Origin: Macrostomum lignano
Lineage: Eukaryota
DNA length: 51,670 bases
Assembly (NCBI GenBank): GCA_002269645.1
Contig: NIVC01001964.1
Coordinates: 1-51,670, forward strand
Reading direction: 5' to 3'
Below, piece by piece: positions 25,453 to 39,509 of this stretch. Within the stretch, counting starts at the first letter, position 1. The number at the start of each line of letters is the position of its first letter. A program made the position numbers and the translations under genes. The notes beneath the pieces were generated by a model. The model was not told the DNA's origin. It saw only the letters and a program-made list of their open reading frames with translations, and ran no database searches.

Positions 25453-27384
25453 ATGGCCGACAACAAGTCGGTAGCTCAGCGCAGCGTCTCTTCCGTGGAC
25501 GCCATCAAGAAGATGGAGAAGGAGCTGTACAGAGAGGCCCTGATGCGGGATTACGATTTGAAGCGCGGCTCGAAGTATCCGCCAATGTCTATTGAGCCGT
25601 TTCCCTACGAGCGGCAGCGGCTCTCGGGCAACTACACCGATGCGGACAGGGCCCTGCGCAAGCAGTGGCTGCAGGACCAGATCCTGACTGATCGGGAGCC
25701 GGTTAGTGCGATACAACTGACTGCTGTGTTTGCTAGCTGTGTTGTTGCTTTCATGGAATCAGGCTATTTATATTCGGAATCACTCTAGCGGGATTTAGTT
25801 ACTTCATGCAGATATAGTCACTTCATTAAAAAATAATTACTCCATTGAGTTTGAGAATCACTGCATTGAGTTTAAGAATGACTTCAACGAGTTTGAGAAT
25901 CAGGTTGCCACTCTTCTAGATGGGTTGCCACTCTTCTGGATGGGTTGCCACTCTTCTGGATGGGTTGCCACTCTTCTAGATGGGTTGCCACTCTTCTGGA
26001 TGGGTTGCCACTCTTCTGGATGGGTTGCCACTCTTCTGGATGGGTTGCCACTCTTCTAGATGGGTTGCCACTCTTCTGGATGGTTTGCCACTCTTCTGGA
26101 TGGGTTGCCACTCTTCTGGATGGGTTGCCACTCTTCTAGATGGGTTGCTACTCTTCTGGATGGGTTGCCACTCTTCTGGATGGGTTGCCACTCTTCTAGA
26201 TGGGTTGCTACTCTTCTGGATGGGTTGCCACTTCTGGATGGGTTGCCACTCTTCTGGATGGGTTGCCATTCTTCTGGATGGGTTGCCACTCTTCTGGATG
26301 GGTTGCCACTCTTCTGGATGGGTTGCCACTCTTCTAGATGGGTTGCTACTCTTCTGGATGGGTTGCCACTCTTCTGGATGGGTTGCCACTCTTCTAGATG
26401 GGTTGCCACTCTTCTGGATGGGTTGCCACTCTTCTGGATGGGTTGCCACTCTTCTGGATGGGTTGCCACTCTTCTAGATGGGTTGCCACTCTTCTGGATG
26501 GGTTGCCACTCTTCTGGATGGGTTGCCACTCTTTTACTCCGTTGATTTTAAGAATCACTGCTTTGAGTTTAAGAATGACTCCGTTAAGTTTGAGAATCAC
26601 TGCATTGAGGTTGAAAATCACTCCATTGAGTTTGAGAATCACTCCATCGAGTTTGAGAATCACTGCATTGAGATTGAGAATCACTGCATTGAGATTGAGA
26701 ATCACTCCATCGAGTTTGAGAATCACTGCGTTGAGATTGAGAATCACTCCATCGAGTTTGAGAATCACTCCATCGAGTTTGAGAATCACTGCATTGAGAT
26801 TGAGAATCACTCCATCATGCTTGAGAATCACTCCGTTCAGACTGACTGATTGCTAATCATTCCATTAGAGAATCATTACTAAATGTTAGTGCCCCAGGAT
26901 CTCTCTCCGACTCCATATTGACAATTAATTTACTAAGCATCACCCGCACTTACCTTGGCCATAGGTACACGTGGAGCGCTGGGTGCGCAGGAACATATTC
27001 AGACGAATCTGGAATGCGCCATTCGACGCTCTGGACCGCGCGCTGACCCGCACCGGCCTGCCGCTGTCAGCCACCTACGGCATCCGGTTCGCCCTGCCCA
27101 AGCTAGTAGCCGGCCTAGCCGCTATATACGCCCTCTGTCTGCACTTGAAGGTGGCACCGCGCACCTGGGAAACCGGCGTAGGCATGGTTGTTACCCAGGC
27201 TAACGCTGTCACTCGAATGAGCGTGCCAGGCACCGCGGAATGGGAACGATTTCAAAACGGCGAATTCTACCGCTCCAAAGAGTCGTTCGACGATCTGGGA
27301 TTCTCCAAGCGGTCGGCTATGCGCGATGAGACGCTGCTAACTAGCGCCGCGGGACCGCAGATAAATGGAACCGTTAATCAGTGA
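25453..27384 (+). CDS. NDUFB6: NADH:ubiquinone oxidoreductase subunit B6 (B17), ~222 aa, 2 exons
   Basis: Exons 25453-25701 and 26965-27384 (phase 0, GTTAGT..CCATAG). ERQRLSGNYTDADRALRKQWLQDQILTDREP matches the NDUFB6 'R..W..DQ.L...EP' signature. NIFRRIWNAPFDAL plus one TM segment match invertebrate B17. Confidence 0.88.
25840..26835. repeat. Nested intronic minisatellites: 20-bp unit (GGGTTGCCACTCTTCTGGAT, ~25902-26533) inside a 21-bp unit array (TTGAGAATCACTCCATCGAGT)
   Basis: 21-bp units lie on both sides (25840-25901 and 26534-26835) of the 20-bp array. Confidence 0.93.
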
Positions 27385-27540
27385 CTCACTACTGACTACT
27401 GACTCATTTTTGCGCTTATCTGAACTCCAACTGTTAGTTAGTTTGCCATCTTTTCAATACAACAAACTGGGTTATAACCCATTTAAACTTATATTTATAT
27501 TTAAACTTATCTTGCTTTGTTTAAATTCAAGCTGATTGAA

Positions 27541-29193
27541 CGGAGAGGCAGAGGATTTGAGAATGGAATCGAGAGGATTGAGGGAGGAGTGGAGAGGCAG
27601 ATTCAGGAATTGACGGAGGAGCGGAGAGGCAGATTCAGGGATTGAGGGAGGAGTGGAGAGGCAGATTCAGGGATTGAGGGAGGAGTGGAGAGGCAGATTC
27701 AGGGATTGAGGGAGGAGCGGAGAGGCAGATTCAGGAATTGACGGAGGAGCGGAGAGGCAGATTCAGGAATTGACGGAGGAGCGGAGAGGCAGATTCAGGA
27801 ATTGACGGAGGAGTGGAGAGGCAGATTCAGGGATTGAGGGAGGAGTGGAGAGGCAGATTCAGGGATTGAGGGAGGAGCGGAGAGGCAGATTCAGGGATTG
27901 AGGGAGGAGCGGAGAGGCAGATTCAGGGATTGAGGGAGGAGCGGAGAGGCAGATTCAGGGATTGAGGGAGAAGCGGAGAGGCAGATGGAGGAGTGGAGAG
28001 GCAGATAGAGGAGTGGAGAGGCAGATGGAGGAGTGGAGAGGCAGATTCAGGAATGGGTGGAGGAGTGGAGAGGCAGATTCAGGGATTGAGGGAGGAGCGG
28101 AGAGGCAGATTCAGGAATTGACGGAGGAGCGGAGAGGCAGATTCAGGGATTGAGGGAGGAGTGGAGAGGCAGATTCAGGGATTGAGGGAGGAGTGGAGAG
28201 GCAGATTCAGGGATTGAGGGAGGAGCGGAGAGGCAGATTCAGGAATTGACGGAGGAGCGGAGAGGCAGATTCAGGAATTGACGGAGGAGCGGAGAGGCAG
28301 ATTCAGGGATTGAGGGAGGAGTGGAGAGGCAGATTCAGGGATTGAGGGAGGAGTGGAGAGGCAGATTCAGGGATTGAGGGAGGAGCGGAGAGGCAGATTC
28401 AGGGATTGAGGGAGGAGTGGAGAGGCAGATTCAGGGATTGAGGGAGGAGCGGAGAGGCAGATTCAGGGATTGAGGGAGAAGCGGAGAGGCAGATGGAGGA
28501 GTGGAGAGGCAGATAGAGGAGTGGAGAGGCAGATGGAGGAGTGGAGAGGCAGATTCAGGAATGGGTGGAGGAGTGGAGAGGCAGATTCAGGGATTGAGGG
28601 AGGAGCGGAGAGGCAGATTCAGGGATTGAGGGAGGAGCGGAGAGGCAGATTCAGGGATTGACGGAGGAGCGGAGAGGCAGATTCAGGGATTGAGGGAGGA
28701 GCGGAGAGGCAGATTCAGGGATTGAGGGAGGAGTGGAGAGGCAGATTCAGGGATTGAGGGAGGAGTGGAGAGGCAGATTCAGGGATTGAGGGAGGAGCGG
28801 AGAGGCAGATTCAGGAATTGAGGGAGAAGCGGAGAGGCAGATGGAGGAGTGGAGAGGCAGATGGAGGAGTGGAGAGGCAGATTCAGGAATGGGTGGAGGA
28901 GTGGAGAGGCAGATTCAGGGATTGAGGGAGGAGTGGAGAGGCAGATTCAGGGATTGAGGGAGGAGTGGAGAGGCAGATTCAGGGATTGAGGGAGGAGCGG
29001 AGAGGCAGATTCAGGAATTGAGGGAGAAGCGGAGAGGCAGATGGAGGAGTGGAGAGGCAGATGGAGGAGTGGAGAGGCAGATTCAGGAATGGGTGGAGGA
29101 GTGGAGAGGCAGATTCAGGGATTGAGGGAGGAGCGGAGAGGCAGATTCAGGGATTGAGGGAGGAGTGGAGAGGCAGATTCAGGGATTGAGGGA
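27541..29193. repeat. Purine-rich minisatellite, 32-bp unit (GGAGAGGCAGATTCAGGGATTGAGGGAGGAG[T/C]) with higher-order blocks
   Basis: Direct reading; identical variant blocks recur 508 bp apart (27962 and 28470). Confidence 0.96.
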
Positions 29194-29871
29194 GTTCTCA
29201 AGAGAGAATCAAGATACAGTGTTGGGCGTTTATCCTGCTTATTTTTAACTCAAAGCCTCCAAAGTAGGTGTCAACAGAATCTTAGTCAAACAATTGAAAA
29301 GCAAAATATAGTCAGTCTTCTGTTGCTACTTACAAGTAGACGATTAGGGATATGCTAATATAATGGCTTCTTGAATTTAACTCTTAGATTTGTAAAATGA
29401 AAATTATTTATTTCAATCTTAGTAATACTATATATACTACTAACTAGCTGTTAAAATAAATAGCTTTTGTTCACTATTTGTACCCGTGTAGTACCGGTAG
29501 TTTTGCCAATAGTGGCACAGGCAGTTTTCCATCTTCTTTACAGAGTCTGGCGTTAGAAAGAAGTTTAATAAACGGGTATTCATTTTGTTAATAAACTACC
29601 CTTATTGTAATCAATAGTACATAATAAGCTACTATCAATTCGTCTATATGCCAGAGTCTAAACCCTTGCTTAGTAAACTGTGTGCCCAGTCGTAGCTTTA
29701 GTCCAATCCAAGTTTACTGTGCCGCAACAAGTAAATACCTGAGATTTTCGTGCACCTTTGATTAGCTTGCCTTTGTGTGTCCTGCTTTTTATTTCTTCTT
29801 TGATCATTAGGTACGGTTATTTACCACAATAATAAGTAGTCTTAAAGAAGTTTACACAGTGTATAACAATT

Positions 29872-31335
29872 TTACAGGTGACAGGTTGTAGCTGACAGGT
29901 TGTAGTGACATTGTAGCTGACAGGTTGTAGCTGACATGTAGCTGACAGGTTGTAGCTGACAGGTTGTAGCTGACATGTTGTAGCTGACAGGTTGTAGCTG
30001 ACAGGTTGTAGCTGACAGGTTGTAGCTGACATGTTGTAGCTGACAGGTTGTAGCTGACAGGTTGTAGCTGACAGGTTGTAGCTGACATGTTGTAGCTGAC
30101 AGGTTGTAGCTGACATGTAGCTGACAGGTTGTAGCTAACAGGTTGTAGCTGACATGTTGTAGCTGACATGTTGTAGCTGACAGGTTGTAGCTGACATGTA
30201 GCTGACAGGTTGTAGCTAACAGGTTGTAGCTGACATGTTGTAGCTGACATGTTGTAGCTGACATGTTGTAGCTGACAGGTTGTAGCTGACATGTAGCTGA
30301 CAGGTTGTAGCTAACAGGTTGTAGCTGACATGTTGTAGCTGACAGATTGTAGCTGACAGTTTGTAGCTGACAGTTTGTAGCTGACAGTTTGTAGCTGACA
30401 GGTTGTAGCTGACAGTTTGTAGCTGACATGTTGTAGCTGACATGTTGTAGCTGACATGTTGTAGCTGACAGTTTGTAGCTGACATGTTGTAGCTGACAGG
30501 TTGTAGCTGACTGGTTTTAACTGACAGGTTGTAGCTGACAGTTTGTAGCTGACATGTTGTAGCTGACATGTTGTAGCTGACATGTTGTAGCTGACAGTTT
30601 GTAGCTGACAGGTTGTAGCTGACAGGTTTTAACTGACAGTTTGTAGCTGACAGGTTGTAGCTGACAGGTTGTAGCTGACATGTTGTAGCTGACAGTTTGT
30701 AGCTGACATGTTGTAGCTGACAGTTTGTAGCTGACATGTTGTAGCTGACAGTTTGTAGCTGACAGGCTGTAGCTGACATGTTGTAGCTGACATGTTGTAG
30801 CTGACAGTTTGTAGCTGACATGTTGTAGCTGACAGGTTGTAGCTGACAGTTTGTAGCTGACATGTTGTAGCTGACAGTTTGTAGCTGACATGTTGTAGCT
30901 GACAGTTTGTAGCTGACAGGCTGTAGCTGACATGTTGTAGCTGACAGTTTGTAGCTGACAGGTTGTAGCTGACAGGTTTTAACTGACAGGTTGTAGCTGA
31001 CATGTTGTAGTTGACAGGTTGTAGCTGACAGGTTTTAGCTGACAGGTTTTAGCTGACAATTTGCAACTGACAGGTTGTAGCTGACAGGTAGTAGCTGGCA
31101 GGTTGTAGCTGACAGGTTTTAACTAACATGTTGTAGCTGACAGGTTTTAACTAACATGTTGTAGCTGACAGGTTTTAACTAACATGTTGTAGCTGACAGG
31201 TTTTAACTAACATGTTGTAGCTGACAGGTTTTAACTGACAGATTTTAGCTGAAGCTGACATGTTGTAGCTGACAGATTTAATGACAGGTTGTAGCTGACA
31301 AATTAACTGATGTCAGTTTTCAACTGACAGGTTGT
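29872..31335. repeat. Minisatellite, 14-bp unit (GTTGTAGCTGACAG and variants), ~100 copies
   Basis: Direct reading; ends ~115 bp upstream of the DPM1 ATG. Confidence 0.96.
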
Positions 31336-31416
31336 AAAGGTGAGCATCAGATGTGTTTGCTAGCACTGATCCCTAGCTTATGCCAGACAATTTTACACAG
31401 TACAGTATGCACATAA

Positions 31417-34483
<3,067 letters not shown>

Positions 34484-34549
34484 TAGGTCTGGAAGCTCTG
34501 AGCAGTAGGTACCTGGTGGCTTCCAATTCATCATCTTCAAAAGTACGCG

Positions 34550-34981
34550 TAGGGATCGCAAAACCTTGGATCCCGGGATCTGGCTAATATAACTACAAGC
34601 ATAACATTGCTGTCATTTTAAAGCGGCAGATTTCTTCTTTCTACGCTAGTAATAAATTATACATTTGGCAAGTATGCCAGCAGGGACAAAGTTCGGCGCA
34701 GTCTCTTTCATGGTCGATTGACAGGATGCTCAAGCGAAGGGAGAAGTGCATGGCTACAGGTAGAGACTGTTGAGAAAGCTGTCTGGAAGGCTGATGATGG
34801 CTCTATAAGAACAAACCATCTCTTTTTATCTACTTTATCGCTTTAAAATGACACCAAATAAGTTTGCAGCTGAGTTTCCATTTGGGTTTTCTAAAAATGT
34901 CCGAACTTTCCTAACACCCCCTCGTACGAGGTATATTGATATTGATTATTTTTTTCTGATCCCGGGATTTCGCGATCTCTA
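34550..34981. mobile_element. Probable degenerate MITE containing a mariner-type terminal fragment
   Basis: Ends TAGGGATCGC..ATCCCGGGAT and ATCCCGGGATTTCGCGATCTCTA are imperfect inverted repeats; no clear TSD. The internal GAACTTTCCTAACACCCCCTCG|TA (~34903-34926) resembles a mariner TIR. Confidence 0.45.
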
Positions 34982-35304
34982 CTTCAATTAAATAATTTAA
35001 GCCTGTGTTGTTCAACTTAAGTCATTCGTCCTCTTGACTAGATATTCTATGTAGTGGCTGTTGATCTGCTTTCTTTTTTAGATCTTAAACAAGCACTGGT
35101 TCTTTGTTACACTGTTCACTGCGTTCATTAACTGTATGTGTTTTGTTCATTATTTACTGTGGCTTTCTGGTACTCGCAAACAATTCATTACTTCTGGGTT
35201 TGTTGAGCTGTTAAATGATCAGAAGGTTTCGGTAATGAATGCCTAATTTTAATTTTATCCTGAAGATTTAGCCCTTTGAAAACTTTACCATGTTATTGCA
35301 AACA

Positions 35305-35725
35305 ACTCACCAGTGATTCTAGCGACTCTTGTAACTTTTCAACCACTCGAACGACTGCAATGCGACGGAGAGGCGACTCTTGAGTCACGAGCTCATCACG
35401 TGAATTGCAGAGTCGTGAAAAGAGTCGCGAAAAGTCGTTCAAGAGTCATTGTGCTAGCGCTTTAGTTGCAACTCGGTGATTCTACAGTGACTCTACGGCC
35501 CCAGAGTGACTTGCACTGCCCGAGAGTCGTTTCAGAGTCGCAGGCAATAAAACGCTCAAATTTGACTCTTAAGCGACTCTGACCACTTTTTTGGCGACTT
35601 TTAACGTGACATCTCGTTGCTTTAGAGTCGTTCGTCTAGAGTCACTTCTTTCATATTTCACCTTTATTACCTGTACCGACTCTAAAGCGACTTTGGGGCC
35701 ACCCAAGTTGACTCTATGACGCTTC
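35305..35725. repeat. GAGTC/GACTC-motif-rich block, probably an interspersed element
   Basis: About 15 GAGTC/GACTC pentamers in ~420 bp with no simple periodicity. Confidence 0.55.
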
Positions 35726-36094
35726 TTGGCCTTGGTACCGTTTTCAAGCGGCTAATATCCTTAAAAAAATATTCTTTCCATGCAACACTAAGCCGTTTAA
35801 TACCTTCTATCTCTGCTTGGATTGTTTTGCTATCAAGTCTTGTTTTTTTATCTACTATGCAATGCTATTGAGAGTATCGGTGTTTAGTCATATGACATCA
35901 AATACAATTATTTTTCTGTTAAATACTTATCACAACTAATGGCGATGGCATTAGGTATTAGGTACAGACATAAAGCTATTAAACTGTTAGTTTGTCTTAT
36001 TTTAAAAACTTTTTTGAAACCATCTACTAAGATGAACGAATTTACCAGAATGCAGTAAGTACAGTGCAGAACACTAGATATCTAGATATATGGA

Positions 36095-36350
36095 CTACTA
36101 ATCTGTCTCCTATACGGTACATATAAAAAACGAAAACTCTGTATGTGTGTATGTGTGTGTACTAAGCTTGTTACGGACTCTCAAACGGCTCTACCAAATG
36201 ACACCAAATTTTGCACTCACCATAAACTCACTACCGAGAATGAGAGAGGAGAGTGCAGAGACGAGACGAGAGAAAAAGAGAAGAAATAAGAGAGGAGAGA
36301 AGGCGAGATAATATATGAGCTAAGAAAAGAAGCGAGAGAGGAAAGAGAAT
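36095..36350 (+). mobile_element. Possible Helitron/DINE-1-like non-autonomous fragment
   Basis: CATATAAAAAACGAAAA followed by a (TG)-rich microsatellite, then AAACGGCT..ACCAAAT..CACCAAATTTT and a GA-rich tract; this layout resembles Helentron/HINE 5' ends. Recognised from pattern only. Confidence 0.4.
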
Positions 36351-36393
36351 TTTAAGGACCCAAGGCCCAAGGGACGTAGAGAGAACAGAGGCC

Positions 36394-37183
36394 GGAGTTT
36401 TCCCACGCATGCGTTAAGAGTTCAGATACCTGGTTGGTTACCATTTTTACCTCTATCCAACTATTGACAATTTTTTGTTAGAATTTGATTTCAGAATTAA
36501 GAATGTCAGGAAAAATAGTTCTGGGGATTGGAATTCCACGAGTTCAAAATCCGCGGTTTCAACAGCTTGTAGTAAGTACATAAACGTAACCTTATTGGCA
36601 TTTAGCTGCGAGTTCATGCTCTCTCCTATGGCCAAGCGCTCGTCCGGCTGAATTAACTGAATTTCCAAGAAAAAAACAGGTCCGAGAGACAAGAGGGAAT
36701 GTACATTGCAAACCAGCCCCCCACCCCCCGCGGAGTGAGGAGTGCTATGCTATCTACGAGCGTACTTTATTTTTCGTTCCCCCATCTCGCCGATTATTTC
36801 CTGGAAATTTCAACCAGTGAAGTGCGCTTAATGACGGATAGGGCTACGCTACATTCAAGCATAGAGAATGCAGCTCAGAGAGAAATAAAGATCACGTGAT
36901 TTCCATCAACCCAGGGCTTAACTTAGCGGCAACGCGATGCACTCGGTCAGTGGTTGGTCGGGGCCCGCTAGATTGTTAAAAATAAGCGGAGGGAGAGGTT
37001 AGCACAGCGGATACCGCTCGCCGCAACTAAATTTCCAAGAAATCTTAGGATTTTTTGGAAACCGAAAAAAATTACGGACAGTAGACCCTCGCACAGCGTA
37101 CTTGTTCATTATTGTGTGTTGCGGTGGCGCTTTCTTGGAAATTCCAAGCTCAACTTCCCACCGCCTGAAAGTGTATATATATA
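36394..37183 (+). promoter_or_regulatory. Putative immune-inducible viperin promoter (4 GAS, 1 IRF-E, kappaB-like sites, TATA)
   Basis: TTCNNNGAA at 36663, 36798, 37033 and 37132; GAAACCGAAA at 37058-37067; GGAAATTCC at 37137-37145, GGAATTCC at 36530-36537, GGAGTTTTCCC at 36394-36404; TATATATATA at 37174-37183. Confidence 0.6.
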
Positions 37184-37292
37184 CACAGAGGCTGGACGCG
37201 ACGGATGGTCACCACCATAGCAGCTTTCGTGTTTGTTGAAATCTCTGATGTAAATATCCATTGATCAGTTTGATAGAAAAAAATATCTAGAC

Positions 37293-39509
37293 ATGCCAAT
37301 AGTTTTGTTTAACAATATCGAGGGCAGCTTGCCATCGAGTTTGATTACGCTGGTTAAAATCGCTCTGACTCATCTGGGTCACCTGGGTCAGCTGGCTCTT
37401 GCCAATGTACGCGGATTTATATTCAGGCGTACATTGGACGCTGGCAGAGATACAAACGATGAAGCTGAGAAGCCACGAGCCGCCGGCGCCGCCCCGCCAG
37501 AGTCTGTGGTGCCGGTGAGCGTCAACTATCACTTCACCAGGCGTTGCAATTATAAGTGTGGCTTCTGCTTTCACACGGCAATTAGTTCGTTTGTACTGCC
37601 GCTGGAGGAAGCTAAGCGAGGCCTGCGGATGCTGCAGGAGGCTGGTAAGGCTGGTTCGATTGTTGGTCCATGGTATTTTACTTTACTTTGCACTTTGCAG
37701 ACGGTGAGCTCCATTTTAAGCACCGGGCTACGGGCGCCCATTGAAGCACCTGTAGGGCTGGGAGCAGCGCCGCCCATTGAAGCACCTGTGGGACTGGGAG
37801 CAGCGCCGCCCATTGAAGCACCTGTGGGACTGGGAGCAGCGGCGCCCATTAAACAGCCAAGGCGCCCGTGCGTAGACCAACGCTGTCAGTAGTATAGTGA
37901 AAGTATGAAACTCTGTAACCACCCGCAGGCATGCAAAAGGTGAACTTCTCAGGCGGCGAGCCGTTCCTCGAACAGCGGGGTCGCCTGCTTGGCGAGATGG
38001 TCCGCTTCTGCAAGGAGACTCTCGGCCTGCCAAGCGTCAGCATCGTCAGCAACGGCAGCCTCATCACCGAGGAATGGTTCCAGACCTATGGTGAGTGAGC
38101 TGCTCTGCCCCCGATGAAAACTGTGACAGACACTAAGACTTGCAGACAGACGCTAGGTCAGATACTGAGACAGACGCTAGGTCAGATACTGAGACAGACG
38201 CTAGGTCAGATACTGAGACAGACGCTAGGTCAGATACTGAGACAGACGCTAGGTCAGATACTGAGACAGACGCTAGGTCAGATACTGAGACAGACGCTAG
38301 GTCAGATACTGAGACAGACGCTAGGTCAGATACTGAGACAGACGCTAGGTCAGATACTGAGACAGACGCTAGGTCAGATACTGAGACAGACGCTAGGTCA
38401 GATACTGAGACAGACGCTAGGTCAGATACTGAGACAGACGATAAGACAGATACTGAGACAGACGATAAGACAGATACTGAGACAGACGCTGCTAAGACAG
38501 ATACTGAGACAGACGCTGCTAAGACAAATACTGAGACAGACGCTGCTAAGACAAATACTGAGACAGACGCTGCTAAGACAAATACTGAGACAGACGCTGC
38601 TAAGACAGATACTGAGACAGACGCTAAGACAGAGTTGCAACAATACCCAACCGTACCAAAACTCTCCAGGCGAGTGGCTGGACATCCTAGCCGTGTCCTG
38701 CGACAGCTTCGACGAGGCCACCAACCGGGCCATCGGACGCCACGCGCCCCGGAGCCACCACCTTGATAAGCTTTACCAGATCAGCGAATGGTGCGCTCGC
38801 TACCGGGTGGCCTTCAAAATCAACACCGTTGTCAACACGCACAACTGGCAGGAGGACATGGCTGATCAAATCCTGGATCTCAACCCGTGCCGCTGGAAAG
38901 TCTTCCAGTGCCTCCTAATCGGCGGCGAGAACTGCGGCGAGGACAGCCTGCGCCACGCCGAGACTTTTGTGGTCACCGATGAACAGTTTCGCAGCTTCCT
39001 TGACAGGCACAGCCGCGTGGAGTGCCTGGTGCCGGAGAGTAACGAGAAAATGCGCGACAGCTACCTCATACTGGATGAGCGGGTGCGCTACTGCTTCTAG
39101 AGGGGTCCTTGCAATGGGGTTTGCTAGCTGATGACGTCATTGACAATTTGGTGACGTCACCGGTGAAGACGTAATTTGTAATCAACAACGTCATTCGCTA
39201 TTTATTGCATCATATTATACTTCTTGATGACATAATCTTGGATTTATTACGTCATTTTCTATCATTAGATGATATTCAGAACCATATGTTGAAATCGTTG
39301 AATATCTCGACGATCTAGAACGGGTTAGTCAACCAACAATCCCACAGATGCGCTTCCTCGACTGCACCCGCGGCCGCAAGGAGCCCTCGCGCAGTATCCT
39401 GGATGTTGGGGTCGCCAACGCCATCTGTTCCAGCGGCTTCGACGAGGCGATGTTTCGCAGGCGAGGCGGAGTATACCAGTGGAGCAAGAACGACATCATG
39501 GAGTGGTAA
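37293..39509 (+). CDS. RSAD2: Viperin (radical SAM ddhNTP synthase), ~362 aa, 4 exons
   Basis: Exons 37293-37644, 37929-38090, 38670-39082, 39348-39509 total 1089 nt in a single frame. Motifs [20 protein letters not shown] (CxxxCxxC), [80 protein letters not shown]...EW*. Confidence 0.98.
37733..37850. repeat. 36-bp intronic repeat (~3 copies) in viperin intron 1
   Basis: GCGCCCATTGAAGCACCTGTGGGACTGGGAGCAGCG repeated. Confidence 0.9.
38130..38635. repeat. 24/27-bp intronic minisatellite (GAGACAGACGCTAGGTCAGATACT), ~20 copies, in viperin intron 2
   Basis: Direct reading; variants change progressively from 5' to 3'. Confidence 0.96.

Noticed and set aside
25453-25600. NDUFB6 N-terminal extension as a novelty
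   Set aside because: Invertebrate B17 subunits commonly have longer N-termini than vertebrate ones.
25884-26856. Multiple repetitive ORFs
   Set aside because: They lie inside the NDUFB6 intron and come from the 20- and 21-bp arrays.
29817-31003. MSATTCQLQ-repeat ORFs
   Set aside because: Products of the 14-bp array with no coding signature.
38114-39100. 328-aa ORF fusing a repeat-coded N-terminus to the viperin C-terminal half as a novel isoform
   Set aside because: The N-terminal part is the intron 2 minisatellite. Canonical GT/AG sites give a full viperin, retention from exon 2 hits TGA at once, and the product would lack the Fe-S motif.
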